A stretch of DNA of 64,000 nucleotides from Vicugna vicugna (GCA_013265495.1 MU063541.1:434001-498000); one strand, 5' to 3'. Counted from the first letter of the stretch, positions 1 to 11,000 are shown. A program made the numbers and translations. Notes: generated from the sequence alone by a model not told the origin.

Positions 1-300
1 GATAATTAAACTAACAGTTTAAAGAGTTCTGGGAACCAGGTGACCTGGGTTCTGGTCCCACCTGTAAGGCTATCTGTGGTGTAACTTTGGGAAAGTCTGC
101 TTCCCATCTCTGGACTTCAGTCTCCACATTCTGAAAGGGAGGCTTGTGGTCTCCAAGGTCCCTCCATTTTTGCCATGTGTAATAATCTCTACCCGTCTCG
201 AGGTTCAGCCTTACCAGGCTTCACAATGTGCACCTGGCTAGCACCAAGCATTGCCTCCCCATCACCCCAGCGAAGTTCCACCTAGGGCCGAGGCGCTCAC

Positions 301-928
301 CTTCAGCCAGTCCCCGTAGTGGACGTAGCCCCCGATGTAGGCAGCGTAGGTGCTAATGGCCAGCTGGAGGGCCGCCCCCAGAGCGAACCAGCGCCGCTTC
401 ACTCCAAAGGACATGAAGCTAGCGCACAACACGGCCGCCCCCATGTCGAAGTACAGGTAGGGCACTGGGATGTCGGGCTTCCTGGAGCCAGGAGGGGGAA
501 AGGAATGAGGACAGAATGAAGCGGGGAGAAGAGCCATGAGACCCCTTGAGTTCCCGTAAGCTCCACTGCTCCCCCAAACCGAAGCCCCCTCTCATGGCCA
601 GGACCCCCGTACTAGGCTTGATACCCACCTTGCACCAGACCAGAGCCCCTAACAAGTCCGAGGTCCCACTTCCTCCCAGTACAAGGATCCCAGTTTCTGG
701 GTCCCAACGTCTTGTTCACCTCACCGCACCCCCATTCCTGGGACCGGCCGGACCACCCCCACCGCATTCGGCAGCTGCGCTGCCCGCTCACCGACGCGCC
801 TCAGCCCTCTCAGCGTACAGCATGAGCTGGCTGAAGCAGCCCCAGAAGGGACAGCGTGTGAGTAACACCGAACCCAACTGCATGATCAGCTGCAGCATCC
901 ACCGTCGCGAACCCATCTTCGACGCCAT
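301..928 (-). CDS. TMEM101: Transmembrane protein 101, coding exons 1-2 (remaining exons lie left of the window)
   Basis: Exon 1 is 792-928 (137 nt, MASKMGSRRWMLQLIMQLGSVLLTRCPFWGCFSQLMLYAERAEAR, donor GTGAGC). Exon 2 is 301-481 (181 nt, RKPDIPVPYLYFDMGAAVLCASF...GDWLK, AG acceptor, GTGAGC donor). Phases join, and the peptide matches recalled TMEM101. Confidence 0.97.
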
Positions 929-1060
929 CTTGAGGAAGGGCAAGCCGCCGGCCTCACTCCGGCCAGGGACGCGGGCGCGGAGATGCGACGCGCAACTTCC
1001 GGGTCTCGCGGGGTTTTGTGGGTTTCCCTCCCCACTCCTTCCGTTGGGAAACAAAGCTCT
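700..1060 (-). promoter_or_regulatory. TMEM101 CpG-rich promoter / first exon
   Basis: CpG-dense. ETS/GABP motif CCGGAAGT (995-1002 on -), YY1-like CAAGATGGCG overlapping the ATG (923-932), TCTCGCG at about 1004-1010. Confidence 0.75.
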
Positions 1061-1225
1061 CGCTCTCTAGTTCTGAGCTGTAGGAAGTGTTCTAGCTCCG
1101 GGATTCAACCCTTCCTTCAGCCCATGGAGACTTAAGGGTTCCCCTTGTAGCTGCAAAATTGAACACTAGAGTAGATTAAGGAACAGTAAGCGAACTAGTT
1201 TTTGAATGCCGCTAAACCTGGCCTC

Positions 1226-1561
1226 TGCAGGGAAAGTGGAGTTACTCCCATTCCCTGGCGGACATCGGGTTCCCAGTGGCTCAGCTATATTATCCAGCAT
1301 GCGCAGTACCCATGTATCGCTATATAAGCCTGACGCGCTGTGCAAGCTCAAAGGTTAGGCCATAGGTCATAGTTGGATAGATGCCGGCTATGTTAGCCTT
1401 GATATAAAAGGCAGAGGGGACTTGCTGCCGCCGCTGCAACTGAAGCCTGTGTATTCCACCTAGCAATAAAGGCGTGTCAGAGATACCTAGGGCTCCGCAA
1501 GTGTTCTTACGTCTGCCCGAATTCCAAGTGAATCTGCCAGGCCTTGAGCCCTTGCAATACA
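1226..1561 (+). repeat. 5' LTR of provirus
   Basis: Starts TG, ends TACA. TATAAAA 1403-1409, AATAAA 1465-1470. About 80% identical to the 3' LTR by eye (21 differences in the first ~110 aligned nt). Confidence 0.95.
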
Positions 1562-1563
1562 AT

Positions 1564-1581
1564 CGGTGTAGTTGGCAGGAT
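1564..1581 (+). other. Primer-binding site complementary to tRNA-Ser
   Basis: CGGTGTAGTTGGCAGGAT versus the tRNA-Ser 3'-end complement TGGCGTAGTCGGCAGGAT: 15/18 identical, with two mismatches being CpG-to-TpG changes. Lies 2 nt after the 5' LTR. Confidence 0.85.
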
Positions 1582-1596
1582 TGGCCGTGGACTGGT

Positions 1597-2990
1597 ATGG
1601 AACCCTCTGCACCCCCAGTGGGGTGGACTTGAGGGGTGGCCCTCGACCGAGTACGTGGTACTCGGTGGCGAGCCTTCTTTCTGCTTGGGCACCACCCCAG
1701 GACAGGCCCGAGGTGAATGGGTCCCCTGCCCAAGTGGGAAAGGCCCTGCAGAAGGTGGAGGAGTCCCTAGAAAAGCAGAATGCCCACAGGGCTGCCAGGA
1801 CCGTGGGGTGGGTGTTCCTCACAGCCCTGTGGGTTGAAACCAAAACCTCGCTGTGAGAGGCAGCGAAGGTTTGGGAGTTACAGGGAAAGGAAGAGGCTTT
1901 GGAATCCCGCATCTGTGCCCTAGAGGAAGATTTACAGACCCTGGAGAACTAACTGTTGCCCCCGTTGGTAGTGGTAAACTTCTCTGAATAAGAAGAGCCA
2001 CGACTGCGAGCCTGACCAGTAACACAGCAGCAGCAGCAGCCGCAGCAGCCGCAGCCGCAGCCGCAGCCGCAGCAGCAGCAGCAGCAGCAGCAGCCAATGG
2101 CCCCAGGAGAACAGATTGCTGGCCCACTGCAGATGACTGAGTTTACAAGGTACCACCCATGTACTCAGGCAGAACTGGTGGAGTTGGGCAAGCAATTTCG
2201 CCAAAAGCCTGGGGAGCCATTGGCAGCCTGGATATTACTCGTGTGAGACTTAGGGGTGGAAGGGATTATCTGTACTCCCCACGAAATGGAAAAATTAGTC
2301 TCAATGACCCTGCATCCGTCCTCAAGGCAAAGGCTACAGAATAGCCAGTGCAACAGCCAGAGTAACCATTCCTTGTTGGATTGGGTAATGGCCGCAGTGC
2401 ACATGGTGTGGGCCAATGTGGAGGACGTGCCCGAGACTGTAAGTAAATGGCAGTCCTATGCGGAACTGGTGCAAGTGCTCTGAGAGTTAGGGGTGCGACA
2501 GGCTGTGTTCAATGTAAAAACATATGGCCTTGATGAGGAGGGGTTTACAGCAGAATGAGGGATTTGGTGTTGCAAAACACCCCCTCAACATCTCTCAGGT
2601 CCCTTAGGATTAATGAAGTCACCATGGTGGTGGCAAGTTTGGGGAAGGCAGAAAGCCATCGTCAGCAAAAGGGCATACGGGCCATCACCTGACAACTGGG
2701 GAAGTTAGCTAAGAAGACTGGGAAACCCATCAAGGCCACATGCACTCAGATGTGGGTAGACCTTGCAGAGGCTGGTGTAGATCAAACTTAGAGAAAAAAC
2801 CTAATACTTATTTACTAGAGTTATGATAACAGTTCGGGGAGGATCAGAGGCTCACCCCCATGAAAAGGAACACCCCTGTGAAGAGCAACAAGGAGTCCCA
2901 GTGGACCCGAGTAGTACCCCTTGAGGACCATGTGCTACCCCAGGAGGTACCCAGGGGAGGGGATACTTTATTTACATTTAAATAGGATGA
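1597..2990 (+). pseudogene. ERV gag remnant (ERVL/HERV-S type)
   Basis: WYSVASLLSAWAPP...GSPAQVGKALQKVE...VGWVFLTAL, and CTQAELVELGKQFRQKPGEPLAAWIL (ERVL/Fv1-like capsid region). Multiple stops and frameshifts; boundaries approximate. Confidence 0.75.
2025..2093 (+). repeat. Compound trinucleotide repeat (CAG)5 CCG (CAG)2 (CCG CAG)3 CCG (CAG)8
   Basis: 23 uninterrupted CAG/CCG triplets (69 bp) read directly from the sequence. Confidence 0.97.
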
Positions 2991-3029
2991 AGGCCAAGGA
3001 ACCCTTCTACAGGGGGTGGGCAGGGACCA

Positions 3030-3340
3030 GAGGCCCCATGTGGAGCTTGCTATCTGCTGGTCCCTGACCAATGTACAGCAGGTATTGGCCTTGATGGACA
3101 CAGGGGCTGAATGCCAAAAACTCACTCATGGCAACCCGGATAAATTTTAAAGCCCGGTGTCATACATAGATGGCTATGGGGGGAGAAGTATCCGGGAAAG
3201 CTATACAACTACCCCTTGGGATAGTGCAGTTGCCCCCTAGGAACTATAAAGCTCATGTTTCCCCAGTACCAGAATATATACTGGGCAGAGACGTGCTCCA
3301 AGGCCCATGGCTACAGACAACCACTGGTGAGTTCCGCCTG
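3030..3340 (+). pseudogene. ERV aspartic protease remnant
   Basis: PHVELAICWSLTNVQQVLALMDTGAEC, with catalytic DTG at 3097-3105. Downstream VSPVPEYILGRDVL resembles the retroviral protease GRD motif. Confidence 0.85.
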
Positions 3341-3379
3341 CGAGTATGGGTGGTGAAGATGGTAGAACGGGGACGCACA

Positions 3380-5790
3380 AAACACCCTCCAGTGCAGCTC
3401 CCTGTTCCCCAGCGGGTCACCAGTACCAAACAATACAGACTGCCAGCAGGTCATGACGAAATTACTGGCACCACTGCAGAATTGGAAAAGGTGGGTATTT
3501 TATGGCTGGCCCATAGTCCGTTAATTCTCCTGTATGGCTGGTGCTTAAACCCAGTGATTCTTGGAGAATGACTCTGGACTGCCCAAAGTTAAATGCCACA
3601 GTACCCTCGGTGGCCGAATTGATGGATCAACTAAGCCATAAGCTGGGCATTTACCATTTCTTGGCCAATCTGGCTAATGCTTTTTCTTCTATTGACATCA
3701 CCCCTGAGAGTCAAGATCAGTTTGCCTTCACCTGGGAAGGGTGACAATGGGCATTTAGGGTCCTACCTCGGGGATGTTTACATAGCCCTACATTGTATCA
3801 TGGTTGGTAGCCTCCGACCTAGCTGGATGGGAATGGCCACCTACAGTGTCCATGTACCATTACATTGATGATGTTCTTTTAACTAGTGATTCTCTTGCAG
3901 ACTTGGAGAAGGCTGTGCCCCTTCTGTTGTCACACATGAAAACGTGGCTGAGCGCTAAACAAAAACAAATTGCAAGGGCCTGGATTGTCTGTCAAGTTCC
4001 TGGGCGTTGTGTGGTCGGGTAAGACTAGAGTTATTCCTGATGCGGTTACTGATAAGATATAGGTCTGTCCTACCCCAACTACAGTGAAGCAGTTACAGAC
4101 CTTTCTGGGTTTGTTGCGGTACTGGAGAGCTTTTGTCCCCTACTTAGCCCAGTTGATACGGCCTTTGTATGCCCTGGTACACAAGGGAGCCACATGGGAT
4201 TGGACCCCAGATGCAGGACGGGCCTTTCCTGATGCCAAGAGAACAATTAAGGTGGCTCAAGCCTTACATGTTTCTGATCCCACCCGGCCCTGTGAATTGG
4301 ACATGATGTCACTCCTGCAGGATTTGGTTGGGGTCTGTGGCAGCATTCAGAGCATTTGCAACAGTCCATAGGGTTTTGGTACCAACTACAGAAGGGAACA
4401 GAAAGCCGGTTTTCTCTCACGGAGAAACAGTTGGCTGCCATATACGCGGCATTACTGGTGACTGAGAGTATAACTGGCTTGACGCCAGTGACGGTACAGA
4501 CCACCCCCCCATAGTGGGTTGGGTAAGAGAGGACCTTGAGGCTCCGAGGTAGGGCAACACAAACACCTACACTGGCAAAATGGTGGTGGGGGCAAACTTA
4601 CAGCAGCAGAGTGTGTTCTCCACTAGCCCTTTACGCGCGGAGCTCCAGGAGGTCCTGGAACTGGTGACTTACGTGGATAGTATATCCTCCGCCAAGCCCC
4701 CTTTGGAGACAGAACCAGAGGTTAGTTCCTACCAAGAAGGTAGGGACCCCGTGCCAGCAGATGCATGATATACAGATAGTTGAAGGCAAGGGCAGGCTCC
4801 GACTTGGACAACGGTTGACTTCCAGCCTGCGTCTGATACTATTTGGTATGATACCGGGACTGGCCAGAGTAGCCAGTGGCCAGAACTATGTGCAGTATGG
4901 TTGGTTGTAGCCAATGAACCATCACCCATTGCTGCCTGTACTGACAGTTGGGCAGTCTATAGAGGACTGACTCTATGGATCTCTACCTGGCATTTCAATA
5001 AATGGGACATGCATAGGCCCTTGTGGGGCCAGGCCTTGTGGCAGGACCTATGGGAGTTGGGACCAGAAGCAGGTGACTGTGTTCCACGTGACTGGACATG
5101 CACATCTGGCCTCACTGGGGATTATGAGGCTGATACCGTGGCGAAGTTCAATGACTAGAAACTGCCCCGCGAGATAAGGCTCCCGACAGCCATGTGGCGC
5201 AATGGCTGCACTGACACCTGCTACACACAGGGCAAAAGACAATGTAGGCAGCTGTGCATGCCTCAGTCCTACCAGTGACCTTGGCAGAGGTACAGAGTGC
5301 CAAACTCGCTGGCAAGTGGACGTTATTGGCCCGCTGCCTGCCCCACTCTTAAGGCTACTGTTATGCCATCACTTGTGTAGGTACTGCCACAGGCCTGTGA
5401 GTGGCCTATCTGGCTCAACACCCAGATCAGAGGGCTGTGTTGCATGTGCTAGCACGCCTCTGCGCAGCGTATGGACGCCCTCTGGTGAATGAAAGTGACC
5501 AGGGAACTCATTTTACTGGAGCCCAAGTGCAAAGATGAGCGTGGGACATGAACATTGAATAGAAGTTTCACGTCCCTTATAACCCAAAGGCCACAGGTAT
5601 TATAAAGCAGAACAACGGCCCATTGAAGCAAGGACTGCAGACCACTGCGATAATGCCAACTTTGGCAGGATGAACCAGAAGGTTATGGGATGTCCTGTGA
5701 GCACTTAATGAACGCAGCCAACAAGGTGGCCTAGCCCCAGTAGAAGCATTGTCCGTCGCGCCACTGCACCTATCCAGGTCCAAGTCCAGA
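3380..5790 (+). pseudogene. ERV pol remnant (RT, RNase H, integrase)
   Basis: LKPSDSWRMTLDCPKLN, DLANAF-like NLANAFSSI, QFAFTWEG, YIDD at 3861-3872, KQLQTFLGLLRYWRAFVP. RNase H YTD at about 4768 and CTDSWAV. Integrase WQVDVIGPLP at about 5310 and HVPYNPKATGII. Frameshifted. Confidence 0.9.
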
Positions 5791-5829
5791 TGAAGGATAT
5801 TTTGCTAAAACCTGGATTCAGACAACAGG

Positions 5830-6950
5830 GTTTGTTGGGACTAACACCCTAGCTGATTGGGCGCACATTTACGTGACAATTGCTAACCAGTCGGCTTGCT
5901 GGATCTGTACTGAATTACCTGTTAGCGCCTCAAATGGGCTCCCATGGAAAAGTAAATCAGCCACTGAGGCTAATTGGACTTGGTTAAGGTTGTGAAATGA
6001 CACTAACCCACAGTGGAACTTAACCAAAAAGAAAGGTATTAGCTGGGGTAAGAGAGCGTGTAAATGCTCTTAGCTCTAGATGGGATATTCAATATGGGAT
6101 GGTCTCGGCAGGTTGACAGTGGATATGGTAGAACCTGTTGCACCCATCCCCCTCTGCACTGAGTTTGGACAGAAGGGCCCATGTTGAATGGACCCCGCCT
6201 GGCCTATGCATTAATGTTACCCAAATGACGCAGAAGGAGAAATGGGGAAAGAGGAATGGCAGCTTGGCCTGGCCTGTCCTTTACAGGAGCCTTTGGGTCT
6301 GTGGGCAGAATGGCGGCCATATCTTCTCCACAGTTGGACTGGATGATATACATGGGGGTGGCCACTTCTCCCTGCGCAGGTAATGCCTACCTTACAAACC
6401 TGCCCAAGTAATTGAAGAGTATTTAAGGCACGCCACGGAGTATAGTGTACCCTTGGTGGTATTATCCCTTAGCCCCTTTTTCCCCCAAGGGGCCACCATA
6501 GTGACAAAAGCAGAGGTCACTGCTTTAGCAGTGCACGTGGCCAGGGCATTCATTGAGACCCATAAAGCCCTGGGCCTCCTTAATGATGAGGTATAGCAAC
6601 TACGAAAGCTAGCTTTACAAAATCCTATGGCACTTGGTATTTTTGACAGCCTCAAAGGGCAGTGTGTGAGCTCTTATAGGGTCAGATTGCTGTGTTTATG
6701 TTCCAGATGCTCACCATATCAGCCAGGCTCTAATGGCCTTGGGAAAAGAGACAACAGCTGTTGAACACCTGACTGGAGACCCCCTACAAGAATGATGGGG
6801 ATCACTGACCTCCAAGTGGCGCTTGGTAGCAGCCATTCTGGGAGGATCTGCTTGTGTATTAGAGACCTGCTGTTGCAGTCTCTATTGTTGCTGTGGATCA
6901 TGGATGCAAGGGTCCATCCTTCTCGCCAAGGGACCTTCGCGGAAGACAAC
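5830..6950 (+). pseudogene. ERV env remnant, gamma-type
   Basis: SU: CWIC (5897-5908) followed by GLPW. TM: LQNPMALGILTASKGSV*ALIGSDCCVYVPD after removing one T at about 6640 (ISD-like segment and CX6CC with the first C mutated to a stop). Hydrophobic anchor followed by CCCSLYCCC. Confidence 0.85.
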
Positions 6951-6992
6951 TAATGCGTAGATTGTGCGGCGAGTGACCCTCAAGGGATGGAA

Positions 6993-7338
6993 TGTAGGGG
7001 AAATGGAGTTACTCAGGCTCCCTTGCTGGACATCCAGTGCCCAGTGGCCCAGCTATGTTATCCCACATGCACAGTACCCATGTATCATTATATAAGCATG
7101 ACTTGTGCTACACAAGCGCAAAGGTTAGCCCATAGGTCATAGTTGGATAGATGCTGGCTTTGTTAGCCTTGATGTATATATAAGGTGGAGGGGACTTGCT
7201 GCCGCCACCACCACCATTAAAGCCTGCGTATTCCTCCCTGCAATAAAGGCATGTCAGAGATACCTACAGCTCCGTGAGTGTTCTTCCGTCTGCCTGAATC
7301 CCGAGTGAATCTGCCAGGCCTTGAGTGCTTACAGTACA
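6993..7338 (+). repeat. 3' LTR of provirus
   Basis: Starts TG after the PPT, ends TACA, followed by the TSD GCCTC. AATAAA 7242-7247. Confidence 0.95.
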
Positions 7339-7343
7339 GCCTC

Positions 7344-7485
7344 CAACCCTAACTGTGACTTTGGGCATGTCGCCTACACTTTCCAAGATTCATCTGGGAA
7401 ATGGAGGTGACATCTACCTCACAAGGTTGTTGTGAGGTTGAAATGTGACGTTGGTCCTAGAACATAGTAGGGGTTTAATAAATGG
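7344..7485 (+). mobile_element. MIR SINE fragment adjoining the provirus
   Basis: ctgtgactttgggca...catctgggaaatggaggtgacatctacctcacaaggttgttgtgaggttgaaatg resembles the MIR core. Confidence 0.7.
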
Positions 7486-9069
7486 TGTACACAACACACA
7501 CACACCTCAGAGGAAATCCCTCTGCTTCTATTTAAGTTCAAAGTAAGGGGTTCTCCTAAGAGCCACTCTAGAGAAGTTTGGTCTTGGCCTGCCTTTCTTC
7601 TGTCCCCTGAGAGACATGGACATAGGGGACATCTCAAACAGTTCATTTTCTCCAATGCTCCCACTCTGCAGCAGGCTTACAACTGGTCTCCCCCACTTCT
7701 TTGGCCTCTTTTGTTCTCAACTCCTCTATTCTGAGTTTACCTGCTACCTAGGCTTCTGGCAAAAATCATCTCAACCTGAGACCCAAGCATCCTGATCCCA
7801 TCGCCACCCCTCATTCCATTATTTCTAATAGGGATGAAAGGCAATCAGGGAAGATGGCCTTTTTAATCCTTTAGACCATCTTGACTCCCACTCCACCTCA
7901 CTTATTTCCCACATGGTCTCAGGAGCAACTTTGTCTGCTCCTGCAAGGACAGAGCTTCAGCTAGATCCTGGCCAATGAGGTGAGGGCCTCAGGTGGAACA
8001 CCTATGCACCCACGTGTATTCCTGCACTATGTGCTGAGTGCAGCCCCAGCCCAGGAATGGCAAGAGGAATCTCAGCTCTAGCTACCTGCCCTGCTGGCCT
8101 CCTGCTAGAGCCTCACCCCACAAAAGCAATGGCAATCAGCTCTCAGGAAGCCAAAGCCCTGAGCATGGGGATGGGGGACAGGTTGAGGAAATCTCCAAGG
8201 CCTTTTGGCCTTATATCCAGGGGAGCAGGACCCCGCCCTGCTTTTTCTAAGAACAGGTATTCCTCCCCTCCACCCCCTCCTACCTTCTGGAGCCCCAGCT
8301 CCTGCTCTTTCTCTTGTCAGGATGGCAGCTTGAGGCCCCTTGGAGCCCTACCTCAAGTCAGGAAACAGACAGGTGTCTCCTCTCTGATTCCTACTTCCTA
8401 AAGCGTCTAGGCACAAAGGAAGGGAATGTTCTTTCTTGTTCTCGTTAGGCCTAAGGCTCAAACACTCCCCTCTGGCCTTCAAGGAGTGCCCAGCATCTCC
8501 TGGAAGAGGGGCGTGGGGCCAGTGTGTTTGTACCCAGTGCTTCTGCCTTGCCCAAGGAGGCCAAACTAGTTAGTTTCTCTCTAGGTTCCCAAGTGTGCTC
8601 ACAAGCTCCACCCAGCAAACTCTTAAGAGAATAATGGCCACATAGAAGAGTTGGTTACCAAGGGCCAGGGCATCTCATTAAAGACTTCATTATAATCCTC
8701 AACTGAGACACTCATCTCACAGATTAGGGAACTGATGCTTGGTAAGGCCAGGGAAGTTGCCAAGTCATACTGCTAATTAGTGGCAGAGGTAAAATCTGAC
8801 ACAACTCAGGCCTTTCTGAATCCAGTTGTGCTCCTAACTACTAAGCTCCTGTGCCCAAAAGACTGGGCCACTGTCCCCCATGTCAGCCAAACACCCATCT
8901 AAGAAGTCAAGGTCACATGTAAGTAACACAGATGAGGCCCAGAATGGGAAGAGCAGCTGAGCCACCACCAACCTGGGGTATTGGTCTGAGCCTGTGGTTG
9001 ATCACAGACTTGAGCCACTTTGAATTAATTCAAGTGATCTGGTTCAAGCAAATTATACTGGAAAAACAT

Positions 9070-9750
9070 GAGGAATCATTGTCAATAATCTGAGAAACCA
9101 TTATAAACAGAAGGTTACCAAAGATTTGAACACAGTACAAGTTCCAATTTTCAAAAGTCAGATAAGTAAGTGTTAAGAACAGTTAACAAAGTGCAAAAAG
9201 GGCTCATTGAATATGTAGTCTCTCACCAGTGACCTAAAACATGATGGCCACTAGGTGCCCACACAAGTTCACTAAAAATAAGTTATATCCAAACTTTATT
9301 TCCTTTGATACTTATTAGATGGCTATCACAGACAAACATCTGGATCTTATTTAAGTCTTTCATGATGTCCCTTTGGGTAAGATGAAAGCATAAAGACAGT
9401 ACACAAAATTGGGATGGATAACTAGTATATTGGATTATAGCACCAAGAGTTTTTAAAAGCTCTTAAGAGTTTGGCTAAAAATAAGCCATGTCACTGGAGA
9501 AGACAAGATAGCTCCCAGTCATCATCTACCTGTTTAGCAACTTCGGGGCCCCTCACTTAAGGGCATGAAGAGCAAGGACTAGGATGCAGGAGACCCGAGC
9601 TCTAGCCTGTTCTGCTGCTCGGAGGACAGTTATCACATGTTGCTTCTCAAAGTAATGAGCTCCCCATCAGTGAAAGTGTCCAAGTAGGGGCAGAATGTTG
9701 AAGATGCTGTAAGAGAGGCTATTTAAACTGGGAGGCTGGACTATTCCATA
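9070..9750 (+). mobile_element. L3/CR1 LINE fragment
   Basis: Decayed CR1 RT-like sequence (gttcactaaaaataagttatatccaaact...ctttcatgatgtccctttgggtaagatg) and CR1 3'-like aaagtaatgagctccccatcagtgaaagtg. Boundaries approximate. Confidence 0.55.
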
Positions 9751-10229
9751 TAAGCTTCAAGATCACTGGCATTTCTAAGTACTAGATACCTGTGCTGAGC
9801 TAGAGACTGCAACTGGCCCACTCCTGGAACTAGAAGCATCTGTTAGCACACTGTTCACACACTGACTTCTGGAGTTACCTGGCTGCATAGCCTTCCCATA
9901 GCCAGTGCACGCGGATGACAGCAAGTCACTTTCACACTCATCTGAACAAGAACTTCCGTATTTGATGCGAGCATGCATCTGGAGGAGTCAAGGGTCCACT
10001 GCTATCATCACTCCCCCTTACAAACTCTGAGCCGAGCTCCCTTCTCACTCCACAGCGCAGAACTGATAAACCTCCCATCCCACTTGTACCCAACTATCCA
10101 CCTTCTGTGTCTATACTTAGGTCACTCAGTATGACTAACAGTCATACAGTGGACACCTAGTTACACCCTAACGCACAAGCAAACACCTCTAAAGGGCACT
10201 CAGTAATCTTACAATAGTTCCCTGGCATG

Positions 10230-11000
10230 TTTACTGAGCCACCAGCCATGTCCTCCCTCACCCTCATCTCCCTGCCAAATCTACAAACTCACCTGCAACT
10301 ATACTGTCTTCTCCTTCTTTCCTCTTTATCATGGGGGAAGGGCCCCCTCCTATCAGAGGCCAAAACCTCCACTGTGGCCATGGATCTCATCCCTCACTTC
10401 TTGGCATTCAGGACAAGGTCATAAATCCTAAATGTCTAGTTCCAGCCCGGTCCTCTCCTCTGAACTCTAAGCTCATTTATCCAGCTGCCCATTTGCCATC
10501 TTCTCTTCAGTGTTTCATGGGCAAGACAAAAATCACAAAACAGAATTCCATTTTCCCACAAACCTCTTCCTCTCCCATTGTTCACCATCCACCAAGAAGT
10601 CATTCTTAGTTCCTCTCTTTCCCTCACCACCCTGCCCTGCCATCCAATCGGTCCTGCGATCACGTTTGTCACCACCATCTCCTGCCTGAACCACTGCAAC
10701 AGCCATTTCTTAATGCCAATAATCTTTCTACTTCCACTGTTGCCCTACTGCCCACTGAAGCCTTACAGTGGCTACAAGGCCCTGCATGCTCTCGCTCCTG
10801 CCAGTTTCTCCATCTTGCTCACTAGGCTTCAGCCACCTATATTCTAATAGTTCCTAAACATCCCAAGCTCCTATCAACCTCCACTTTAGCTCTTGTCGGT
10901 CCTTCTATCCAAGTTCTCTTGGCTGGCACCTCTCTTCTGATTTCAGCTTAAATCACCTCTAAGAGCCATCCCAGAACATTCTCTATAGAGCAGTACCTGT
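10230..11000 (+). mobile_element. L2 LINE fragment
   Basis: L2-like blocks such as tctagttccagcccggtcctctcctctgaactc and caccaccatctcctgcctgaaccactgcaacagcc. Confidence 0.6.

Larger units (their letters stand above)
1226..7338 (+). mobile_element. Endogenous retrovirus, two-LTR provirus, class III (HERV-S/ERVL-like), defective
   Basis: TG...CA LTRs at 1226-1561 and 6993-7338. 5-bp TSD GCCTC (1221-1225 and 7339-7343). PBS 1564-1581, PPT-like AAGGGATGGAA 6982-6992. gag, pro, pol and env remnants carry stops and frameshifts. Confidence 0.95.

Noticed and set aside
929-1054. N-terminal extension of the TMEM101 ORF in the ORF track
   Set aside because: It starts at a TTG. The ATG at 928 matches the known protein start, and the extension covers the promoter and 5' UTR.
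1819-2127. Minus-strand ORF with a long poly-Ala run
   Set aside because: It is the antisense reading of the CAG/CCG repeat inside ERV gag, with no independent gene features.
5790-5830. dUTPase expected for canonical ERVL
   Set aside because: No dUTPase motifs were seen after integrase. The sequence passes directly into env SU.
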